IMG/VR virus record: IMGVR_UViG_3300026097_000013
Location: 32,001 to 96,000 of that record
Strand: one strand, 5' to 3'
Length of the DNA stretch: 64,000 nt
Source of the DNA: a virus
Part shown: piece after piece, positions 48,444 to 57,400 of the stretch
Layout of the letters: the number at the start of each line of letters is the position of its first letter
How positions within the stretch are numbered: the first letter of the stretch is position 1
Position numbers and translations under genes: made by a program
The notes under the pieces: generated by a model
What the model was told of the DNA's origin: nothing
Seen by the model: the letters and a program-made list of their open reading frames with translations, nothing else
Databases searched by the model: none

Positions 48444-49547
48444 TTATAATCCAGCTAGACGACGAATGTCTAATACATTACCATCATCTGCTTTTTGTCT
48501 ACTAACGTTAGTTTGTGACTGAGTGTCACGGTTGCCTGTAATTTCTTTGCCTTCTGCTAATACTGCCTTCTGCTTCGCTGGACCTTTACTATCAATAACT
48601 GACGGTAGATACTTGTTAAACGCCGCATTTAACTTCGGTGTTTGTACTGATTCCAGTAAGTCTGTCATAATCTCTTTTTGATCCTTTGATAAAGGAGCAA
48701 TAAGTTCATTAATTGTTTTTTCACGCTTTGCTGATTCAATTAGCATAGTTTTTTCTTTGTTAACTGATTCTGCAAGTGTTTTTGCTTTTGCTGCAAATGC
48801 TTTTGCTTCTGCTAGCTGCTTGTCTTTAGCTGCAAGCACTTGCATTAGCTTTGTTGTTTCTGATTTCTCGTTTAAGTGAGAAGTCATATACTCGCCTGCA
48901 AATGCTTCGAAGATTTTACGACCAAAGTCGTTGCTACGTGCTGTGTCAATATCTTCTTTAAGTGCAGTAATTTCACCTTTAAGTGTTTTACCGACCATTT
49001 CCGATACTGCTGTAGCACTTCTTTCGACAAAGTCTTTTTTGACTTTAGCGAAGTGTGTTTTAGCTTCACGTACAAGACGTACTTTTGTTTCTGCTAAATC
49101 TTTTTTGTCTTCATAAAATTCTGCAATTTCTGAAGATAGAGCTTCTACTACAAACTCTTCAAGCTTGGCATAATTTTCTGCCATTGCTTTCTTGTCTGCA
49201 CGTAGTTCTTGAATTTCACCTTGTAGTTGTTCTACTACAAAGCCTTTTAGAAGATCTGCGTTTTCACGCATTTTAACTGCATATTTCGCTTTAGCTTCAG
49301 CTAAACCTTTACGGTCTTCAGCAAATTCTGCAATTTCTTCTGCTAGGCGCTCAGATAACATTGTATCGATTGCTTCAACCATTGTGCTTTTATCATGCTC
49401 ATACTTCTGTGCGAATTCTTCGCGAAGTTCAGCAGTTGCAGCGCGGCGGTTTTCAGCGACCTTTGCTTCCCAAGCTTCTTCAATTTGTGCTCTGACTTCT
49501 TCATTAACTACATCGTTTTCAAAGAGTGTTTTCAGTGCATCTATCAT
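48444..49547 (-). CDS. gp22: Prohead core scaffolding protein (T4 gp22-like)
   Basis: Glu/Lys/Ala-rich coiled coil between the protease and capsid genes. Confidence 0.8.
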   Translation of the reverse strand: MIDALKTLFENDVVNEEVRAQIEEAWEAKVAENRRAATAELREEFAQKYEHDKSTMVEAIDTMLSERLAEEIAEFAEDRKGLAEAKAKYAVKMRENADLLKGFVVEQLQGEIQELRADKKAMAENYAKLEEFVVEALSSEIAEFYEDKKDLAETKVRLVREAKTHFAKVKKDFVERSATAVSEMVGKTLKGEITALKEDIDTARSNDFGRKIFEAFAGEYMTSHLNEKSETTKLMQVLAAKDKQLAEAKAFAAKAKTLAESVNKEKTMLIESAKREKTINELIAPLSKDQKEIMTDLLESVQTPKLNAAFNKYLPSVIDSKGPAKQKAVLAEGKEITGNRDTQSQTNVSRQKADDGNVLDIRRLAGL

Positions 49548-49561
49548 TACTCTCTCCTAGT

Positions 49562-50185
49562 TTACTGGAGTTTGTTGATTATGTTAATCAACGATTCCTT
49601 AAGATACTTTTGTGCCTTGTTGTCGTGTTTTGTTGCCTGTGCTAATTCATATGCCTTCATTCCCCCACGTGCATTCATCAAATGTTCATAAATTGGTGTA
49701 GGATATGCACCAGGGGCGCTAGGCTGAGCCACAACGTCCACGGTGATTATTTCAAAGTCAGAAACGGTATTACTGCCGTCTTCTGCTACATTACCGCTAC
49801 CACGCGACGAGACACCTAGTTTAACGCCGCTTTCCAGCATTGTTTTAACTAGGTTCCCCATCGGTGTTGGTAAAATTTTCAATTTTCCGTAACCGTTGTC
49901 ACCATCCATCCAACATTCAGTTATCATATGGCTTACACGGTCAATGTTTATATTAAGTCCTTCTGGATGATCAACTTCTCCGAGAACACTAAATCCTCCA
50001 CTAATTTGATCATTGAGAGTTTTGACAGCCCTGCCAATTTCATTCACAGGATACACTCGCTGATTAGCATTTCGAACACCACCTTGGATCATAATACCTT
50101 TCATATAAAGGTCTTTTCCTTCGTTGGCATTCTCGAGTACTACATTAGCTTGGTCGAATGTCAAATGCTCTCGTAAGTTTATCAT
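49562..50185 (-). CDS. gp21: Prohead protease (T4 gp21-like)
   Basis: NANQRVYP, LGEVDHP, RVSHMIT, LGVSSRGSG, DVVAQPSAPGA. Confidence 0.95.
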   Translation of the reverse strand: MINLREHLTFDQANVVLENANEGKDLYMKGIMIQGGVRNANQRVYPVNEIGRAVKTLNDQISGGFSVLGEVDHPEGLNINIDRVSHMITECWMDGDNGYGKLKILPTPMGNLVKTMLESGVKLGVSSRGSGNVAEDGSNTVSDFEIITVDVVAQPSAPGAYPTPIYEHLMNARGGMKAYELAQATKHDNKAQKYLKESLINIINKLQ

Positions 50186-50205
50186 CTAGTTTTCCTTAAT
50201 CTTGC

Positions 50206-51192
50206 TTACTTAGCGCGACTTGATACTTTGTTAAGAGTACTTGTTGCAGCTTTGTCAGCAGTTTCAGGCTTACCTTTTTTCTCTGCTCCGTGACCTGGCT
50301 CTGTTTTGCCAGCCTTTGAAGCTTTCCCGCCTGGTACATTGATGTTACCTGTGCCTATATCTTTTGGATTCTGGTCATTTAGTGCTGAACCTTTGACCTT
50401 TGATCCTGCACCTGCTTCACCGTCGTTAGCTGTGTCGCCACGTGCGATATTTGCACTTGTTCCACCCATGTTGTTTGGACCAGCTGTTGCCGACTTAGTG
50501 TTTGCACCGTTGTCGCCCATTGTTGCTGATACTTTTTCTACATATTCACGCATTTGCTCACCTGCGCTTTTTGCTGATTCGTCAGTTTCTTCTTCTGCTT
50601 CTTCAACTTCTTCGTCAGCAGCTTCTTCAACTTCTTCGTCGTCTGATTCAAAAGCAAACGCTTCTTTTTCTTCTTCGTCGTCGCCTTCGTCGTCCATGTC
50701 CATGTCGTCGCCTTCGTCGTCGCCTGCCATCATTTTTTCAAATTCTGCTTTAAGGTCGTCAAGTGCGTCTTCAAGGTCTTCTACACGATCTTCAACATCG
50801 CCTTCTTCACCTTCGTCGTCCATATCCATGTCGTCGCCTTCTTCGCCATCGTCCATGCCTAGGTCTGCCATCATGTCGTCTGTTGGATCGCCGCCCATGT
50901 CATCGTCTGCTTCAACTTCAAATGAATCCATGTCAAAGTTTTCCTCAACTTCATCATCGTCGTCATCGTCAGCTGCTTCGTCTAGGTCTTCATCTGACTC
51001 ATCTACTTCTTCATCATCAGCTTCGTCTAGGTCTTCATCTGACTCGTCTACTTCAGCTTCGTCTTCAAGTAGTGACTCATAGATATCACGTGATTTTTCT
51101 ACCACAATCTCGTGGAATAATTCTTCTGCTGCTGCCTTATCTTCGTTGATAAGAAGCTCTAGCATTTTTTCAAATTTATTTTGATCTGCCAT
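50206..51192 (-). CDS. Highly acidic prohead core / internal protein candidate
   Basis: 328 aa with long Asp/Glu tracts; located between portal and protease, where T4 has core genes 67/68. Confidence 0.6.
   Translation of the reverse strand: MADQNKFEKMLELLINEDKAAAEELFHEIVVEKSRDIYESLLEDEAEVDESDEDLDEADDEEVDESDEDLDEAADDDDDDEVEENFDMDSFEVEADDDMGGDPTDDMMADLGMDDGEEGDDMDMDDEGEEGDVEDRVEDLEDALDDLKAEFEKMMAGDDEGDDMDMDDEGDDEEEKEAFAFESDDEEVEEAADEEVEEAEEETDESAKSAGEQMREYVEKVSATMGDNGANTKSATAGPNNMGGTSANIARGDTANDGEAGAGSKVKGSALNDQNPKDIGTGNINVPGGKASKAGKTEPGHGAEKKGKPETADKAATSTLNKVSSRAK
50975..51045. repeat. 45-nt-period tandem duplication in the acidic gene
   Basis: GCTTCGTCTAGGTCTTCATCTGACTC occurs at 50975-51000 and 51020-51045. 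Confidence 0.85.
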
Positions 51193-51311
51193 TTTAAACT
51201 CCTATAAATGTTTTTGGTGTACAGAAGAAAACTCCTGTACGGGGCTGTCATAATGTATTTACATAATTGTCGAAAAAGTATGCAGAAATAGGCTCAAAAC
51301 GAGCCATTTTC

Positions 51312-51905
51312 TTAACGGTTTTCTAAATTTGAGAAAACTTCAATGAAATCTTCGACATATATGTGTTCAAGATTAGATAATTTTGAAAATTCTTTCGGTA
51401 CAAATCCATTTTTTCCTATTACTCTTATATATCGTTTTTTAGGAAATTTTTGTATAGTAGTTACGGTTTGTTTGAGCCAGTTACCGAAATATGTAGCTTT
51501 ATCAGTAGTTTTTTTATAGTTAAATGTTCCTGAATATATATTGTTTACATTTTGACCTAGACCTTGATAATCAAAACCTAAAATATAAATTTCTTCGTTA
51601 TCGTGATCACTAGCCATATGCATTGCTGTAGGGCCGCTACTCCAACCTTTGGATGTAGGAAAAAAATTAAAGTTTACAAACTTATTAAATGCTTTATTAC
51701 GATTTGTCCAAACTTCGTGGTTATTTTGATATCCTGCTTTGTTGATTTCAAGAATCATCTTAGTATCAACTGCAACAAGATAATCAGGAGCAAACTCTCT
51801 ATACAGAGCATTACATCCGTATGTAGATCCGTGTTCTTTCAATGAAGATAGATCTATCGGCTTACGACTAGTGCCATTTCCCAATACAAATGCTATTTTT
51901 TTCAA
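51312..51905 (-). CDS. DUF115 / Maf-like nucleotide-sugar-binding protein (possible glycosyltransferase)
   Basis: FVLGNGTSR, YGCNALYR, DYLVAVD, SSGPTA, IYILGFDY. Confidence 0.5.
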   Translation of the reverse strand: MKKIAFVLGNGTSRKPIDLSSLKEHGSTYGCNALYREFAPDYLVAVDTKMILEINKAGYQNNHEVWTNRNKAFNKFVNFNFFPTSKGWSSGPTAMHMASDHDNEEIYILGFDYQGLGQNVNNIYSGTFNYKKTTDKATYFGNWLKQTVTTIQKFPKKRYIRVIGKNGFVPKEFSKLSNLEHIYVEDFIEVFSNLENR

Positions 51906-51908
51906 TAA

Positions 51909-52157
51909 TTATACTCCGCCAGCTTCTGCGTTTGCTGCTATACCATACATCTGTCTGATGAAACCTAGTTCATTTCGACTTTCTTCTGTATGTAGCTCAG
52001 ATGCTTTGCGGATTTTATTAATCTGACGAAGAGTTAATCGTGTTTTACGTGTATCATCTTTTTTCATAGGTGTAGAATCATCGTCTGCCTCGTAGCGTTT
52101 GTCTTCTACAGGCTCAATAGTTTCTGGATCAAAGTAAAAAAGTTCACGTAGTATCAT
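51909..52157 (-). CDS. Small hypothetical head-module protein
   Basis: 82 aa, RKTRLTLRQINKIRK; TAAATA motif just upstream. Confidence 0.6.
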   Translation of the reverse strand: MILRELFYFDPETIEPVEDKRYEADDDSTPMKKDDTRKTRLTLRQINKIRKASELHTEESRNELGFIRQMYGIAANAEAGGV

Positions 52158-52165
52158 ATTATTAT

Positions 52166-53926
52166 TTATATCGTTTGTTCAGTTCCCGGAGGTGTAGTCG
52201 ACCCTAGGTCGTCTCCAGTTACTGTATCAGGCTGTGTTCCGTCGCCACCGTCTATCGGTGCTTCGCCGTCAGCAGCTTCGTCTTCGATGCCTCCTAGATC
52301 ACTTTCAATACCAGCTCCACTAAGACCAGCACTTCTCATTTCGCCGCTAGCATCAGTTTCTGTTGGTTCAATAACATCGTCATTCTCTTCGCGCCATAGA
52401 CGCTCATTTTCTGCAATCTCTTCGTCAGTCATGCCTAAGAATCGTTTCATAGCAAAGCGATTTGAAATATAAGGCACAGCACTCATCTGTGTATATGTTG
52501 GTACACGAGCGTTGTCAATTTCACTTTGACGATATGCTGCAAAGTTTTGTGGTGGCTGAAATTTAAGATCGAACATTGAAGTATCAATGTTAATACCTTT
52601 TTCTAGCAAGTAACGTTTAAACTCTGTATTAAATTCTTCTGCTACTAGTCCTTGCAAACGTTCACAATAGGTATTAAAGCGTAGTTCTTGAATATATGCT
52701 GTTCCTACTCTACCATCGTTGTATTGTGAAGCTGAATCATCTGCTCCAGTTGGTAAGTACGAACTTGGTATACGCAAGCCGCGTACCAACTTATTAGTAA
52801 AGTATCTAAGGTCATCAATTTCTCCAAGGTTAGTACCACCTGGAAGTGTTTCAACTTTACTGCCGCGGCCTTCAGCAGTTTGAGGGAAAAAGTAATCTTC
52901 GTTGATTGATAGAGGATTGTAAGAGCTGTCTATAACATTTTGGCCTCCACCTGTTGACGATGGGATACGTCTTTGATGGATTTCCGTTTTTACTCTTTCA
53001 ACAAATTGCATTGCCAAGTGACTTGGCATGTTACCCACATCAACGTAGAATACTCTGCGCTCCGGAGCACGTTGCACACGATAGATAATAATCGCATCTT
53101 CAAGCAATTCTTTTTGCTTGTAAACTTTAAAAATAGTTTCTAATAGACTATTGCCAAACGGATAGTTGTTATCAAGTCCTTCACTAAGCGAAAGATGTAC
53201 AACATGCTTTGCATCAACCGTCCATTCGTTTTGATCTGTAGCAAATCTACTTCCGCTCATACTTTGTTGTGGTTGTCCTACCATTCCTCTTGCGCCGCCG
53301 GTTGGTTCATATTGCGAGCCACCGCCGCCGGTAATATTTCCATTTGTTTGATACGGAGTAGTTGCTACTCCTTCAACAAAGTTCCAGTTAATATTTTTAA
53401 TAACATATTGCTCTGGTACTTTGCCTTCACTTTCGTTAACGATAATTTTTGTTACGTTTGCAGGATCTACATGAAACCAACGTTTTGTTTCTGGATCACG
53501 TACAAAAAATTGATCGCCAAATTTAAAAATATTTCTTAAAATTTTAAATATTTTTGTTTCAAACTCTTGAAGTTTACACCATTGCTGTAGGTATTGCTGA
53601 ATAATAGTAATTTCGCTATTAGTAGCTTTAGTTTTGTATTCTATAATAAACGGTGTTGAATTTTGTTTGTTTTTTTGTGTTGTAAATTCTGCAAGAATAT
53701 CAAGAGCAGCATTAACTTCTGAATCTTGATCCATTGTGTTGTATTGTCCGTAGCGTTCAACACGATTAGGAGTACCTACATACACATCAGGAAGGTATGA
53801 ACTATAGTTTGATCGCGCTGGTCCTGCAAGTGCTGATCCTCCGTTTTTCATGTTTGTAAACGGACTATAACTTCCTTGCGGATTATTGCCTGTTGGCACT
53901 GGGGTGAAGTACTTTTTCCACGACAT
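52166..53926 (-). CDS. gp20: Portal protein (T4 gp20-like)
   Basis: SEVNAALDILAE, LLEDAIIIYRVQRAPERRVFYVDVGNMP, EDYFFP...RGSKVETLPGG.NLGEIDDLRYF. Confidence 0.97.
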   Translation of the reverse strand: MSWKKYFTPVPTGNNPQGSYSPFTNMKNGGSALAGPARSNYSSYLPDVYVGTPNRVERYGQYNTMDQDSEVNAALDILAEFTTQKNKQNSTPFIIEYKTKATNSEITIIQQYLQQWCKLQEFETKIFKILRNIFKFGDQFFVRDPETKRWFHVDPANVTKIIVNESEGKVPEQYVIKNINWNFVEGVATTPYQTNGNITGGGGSQYEPTGGARGMVGQPQQSMSGSRFATDQNEWTVDAKHVVHLSLSEGLDNNYPFGNSLLETIFKVYKQKELLEDAIIIYRVQRAPERRVFYVDVGNMPSHLAMQFVERVKTEIHQRRIPSSTGGGQNVIDSSYNPLSINEDYFFPQTAEGRGSKVETLPGGTNLGEIDDLRYFTNKLVRGLRIPSSYLPTGADDSASQYNDGRVGTAYIQELRFNTYCERLQGLVAEEFNTEFKRYLLEKGINIDTSMFDLKFQPPQNFAAYRQSEIDNARVPTYTQMSAVPYISNRFAMKRFLGMTDEEIAENERLWREENDDVIEPTETDASGEMRSAGLSGAGIESDLGGIEDEAADGEAPIDGGDGTQPDTVTGDDLGSTTPPGTEQTI

Positions 53927-54483
53927 TATGCTGCTCTCCTCATAGTTCTACCTGGTCTATAATTACTAGGCTGACCACCTGGTTCGCAAAATATTGAGTC
54001 GGTTCCGTCAGTAAACCATCTTTTGCTTTTCATAGATTCTTTAATTTTAGTATTCCTTTCTACAGAATTTTGTCTTCCTAAGTTTGCTTGTCTAATTTTT
54101 TCTGCGTGTTCAGCAGACTTAGGCTTACTGTAGTTTTTTTTATGTTCTTCTGTTCTAACTTTTCCAGAATTAGCCTTAGAAATTTTTTGCTTTGCTTCTT
54201 CTGAATGAGTCCATCCTGCTTGTACTACCCAACGAGAAATCTTTTTATTTTCTAAAATACCGCCGTCTAATTTTCTTCCGTATTTTTTTATTAAAGTAAG
54301 TTCTAAATCAAATGCTTCTGCTTCGGTTAAATTGTCTTTAATAATTTTTCTAAATTTAGGAGAAGGAATGTCTATCCATGGTGAATGACTTTCATTTATT
54401 CTATTTTTCGATCCTTTACCAATATAAAAAGGAGAACCGTCTTCTCTTATATACTGATAAACATAAAACTCATTCCAACTCAT
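53926..54483 (-). CDS. GIY-YIG homing endonuclease with NUMOD3-like DNA-binding repeats
   Basis: FYVYQYIREDGSPFYIGKG...EAFDLELTLI...N; HSEEAKQKISKA, RTEEHKKNYS repeats; the stop overlaps the portal start (TAATG). Confidence 0.85.
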   Translation of the reverse strand: MSWNEFYVYQYIREDGSPFYIGKGSKNRINESHSPWIDIPSPKFRKIIKDNLTEAEAFDLELTLIKKYGRKLDGGILENKKISRWVVQAGWTHSEEAKQKISKANSGKVRTEEHKKNYSKPKSAEHAEKIRQANLGRQNSVERNTKIKESMKSKRWFTDGTDSIFCEPGGQPSNYRPGRTMRRAA

Positions 54484-54493
54484 CTTTTATCCT

Positions 54494-57400
54494 TTATGGC
54501 ACTTTACTTATGTAGCCTGATCCTACATTACTGCCTGTAATTCCTTTTGTATTTCGGCTAACTTCTTTGTTATACTCATTTGCAACACGAAGTTCACTTA
54601 TCATTGCATCAAGTGCAGCGCCCATTCTACCAAGTCCTTCAGTAGTATTTCTTGCGTTAATTTGTATGTTACTCATTGCAGTGTTTGCACTCTCCTGCAT
54701 CGAACTTACATCACCTAACGAATCTTTTAAATCTTCAATTGTACCTATTAAGGTTTCTATAGCATCATTATACGTTCTAACCGCGTCAGTGTCAAGACCT
54801 TCTTTGATTGTTTCAAATTGTATTCCTAGTCCTTGTACATTTGCAAGAGTTTGCAAACTTTCAGCAGTGTGTCCTAACCCTGTTCCTAGACCACTGACTC
54901 TTTCTAATCTTGCAACTAGGTCTTCTTGTATACTTAGTTCTGAAGATCCGGCTGCATTAAGATTAGAAATAGATGCTGCAAGATCGCCTATAATTTGAGC
55001 ATTTCCTAAAACTCCAGTAAAATCTTTATTACCAAATGTAGCAATGTCGTCCCAATCGAAGTTATTACCGTACCCGCCTGATTTAGTAAACAGGTTTATA
55101 TCATCTATTAACTTATCAATATCTGTAGATATTGCAGGCATTGCATTTAATTGCGTTGCAAAATTTTGTATTACGGATGTGTGTCTTAATATATTTTCAG
55201 ACGGCAGTGTAATATCATTTCCAAATGATACTAGATTGTCCCAATCGTTTTTAGCAAAATCAATTAAACTCCTTGACGTTCTTGATAATTGAGTATTATT
55301 AATAGCGGGTATTTCAGAAATTGCATTTGAATAACTTGATATTGCAGACATATTATTTGCAATTCTAGTTGCATCTAATGAGTATGCTCCAAACGCAGCA
55401 AAAGGTGCCAACGGATCTTCCTCACCTGCAAAGATATCTTTAACCCATCCTAAAGCGCCGCCTTCTCTATTAGTAGATAATTGCGGCATATTGCCCATTG
55501 CTTCGGCAAATGAGTTAAGAACTTCAACATTTGCTACAATTATATCATTAGGATCTAAAAGTTCTGCTCCGAACTTTTTCACTGCATCCCAAGGCATAGT
55601 TTCCCAACCTACCAACAAACCTGTAAGTAATCCTAATAGGCCGCCTTCTCTGCTGGTTTCAACATTTGGCATGCTAGACATTGCTGATGCAAAGTTAGAT
55701 ATTGTTGTAGCATTAGGTATTACATTTCCATTTGGATCTAAAAGTTCTGCACCAAATTCTTTAACTTTATCCCACGGATATTCAACAGAGCCTGAAAATA
55801 TTGTTGCAAGACTACCGAAGAATCCTCCAACACGTTCTGCATTTATTTCTGGAAAGCCTTGTAATGCTGTTCCAAATATTCTAAGACTTTCTGCATTATC
55901 TTCAATGCCTGTTTTATTAATGCCTCTTATATTACCAAATTCTCTAAGATGATCCCATGGCATTTCGACACCGCCTGCAAATACAGATGCAATACCGCCA
56001 AACAATCCTCCCGTGCGTTCTGCATTTATATCTGGAACACTACTTAATGCTTCACCAAATGCTTTTAATACTTCTGCATTACCTGTTATAGCTGTCTCGT
56101 CTAGATCGACCTCGCCAAACGCTACCATTTTATCCCAAGGTAATTGAACTCCTCCTCGGAATATATATGCTACTGCGCCGAACAATCCGCCGCTACGTTC
56201 TTTGTCTATCTTAGGAACACTACTTAATGCTTCACCAAATGCTTTTAATACTTCTGCATTACCTGTTATAGCATCTTGATCTAGATCTTGTTCACCGAAC
56301 TCAATCATTTGTTGATAAGGAAGTTGTACAGATCCGCCAAATATTGTAGTAATGCCATCAAATAATGCACTCACCATATTGGTAAAGCTAGACCCTAGTC
56401 TAATTCCACTAATTGCACTCATACCTTCGCCAAAGGCGATAATAGCATCTGCATTTGATCTAAATTTTTCAGAATCTAGATTATATCTAGCAAATTCATT
56501 TATTTGATCGATAGGTAGTCCTGTGCTGCCTCCAAAGAAACTAGTAATACCATCAAATAAGTTAGCCATCATATTTGAAAACCCTGAACTGCCTAAGTTA
56601 AGACTACCCATTGCTTCACCAAATGCAGCTAATGCCCTTGCATTTTGTTGCACTTTAACAGAATCAATATTAAGAGTTGAAAATTCTTCTAGTTTTTCAA
56701 AAGGTGTAGTTCCGCCGAATAGACTATTAATTCCATTAAGAATATCTCCAGCAATATTACCTATAGCTGAAACAACATTTGCTGCTCCAAAGGCAACTAA
56801 CGCACCACTTATTGCAGTTATACCTAATGCTGCACTCTTTAACGCTCTTCCATCTAGGTCAGTAAAGCTTTGCATGCCTTCTGCAAATTTTGGCAGTGCT
56901 GCACCTGTTAACCAAGTAGCGCCTGCAATACCTGAACCAATTGCAAGGATTGCTAATCCTATTGCACCTGCGCCTAATGCTATTGGTGATGCTAATCCAC
57001 CAGCAAAAGCTAGTGCAGAAGAAATACCTCTAATAATGCCACCGGCCATACCTCCAAGCCCTGCGCCAATTCCTCTACCGAGTCCTGCAAGTTGTGCCCC
57101 GACACCTCTACCTCTTGAACCTCTAATGTTTCCAGGAGTTGTACTAGGACTTCTAGCCCTTCTTCCAGTGTCTTCGTAGCCTAATAGTCTTCGTGTGCCG
57201 TTAGCAATATCAACTACTTTCTTAGCTGCAAATAGTGTACCTATAGCACCTACAAGAGCAGTTACTACAGGAGCACTTTCCCATAACCCTTTGATGGCTG
57301 CTCCGATGCCATCTATTATCAGTCCTACTCCAGAAGATATAGCATTCATAATAGGACCGCCAGGCTGGAATGCTTTGGAAATAAGTTCAGCAACTTTTTC

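Noticed and set aside
50306-51149. Plus-strand ORFs of 258, 83 and 128 aa
   Set aside because: Antisense shadows of the Asp/Glu-rich gene (poly-Ser and Leu/Arg runs); no start signals.
56034-56272. Direct repeats as a CRISPR array or DGR template/variable pair
   Set aside because: Only two copies, in frame within a coding repeat; no adenine-specific mismatches, and no cas or reverse transcriptase gene in the window.
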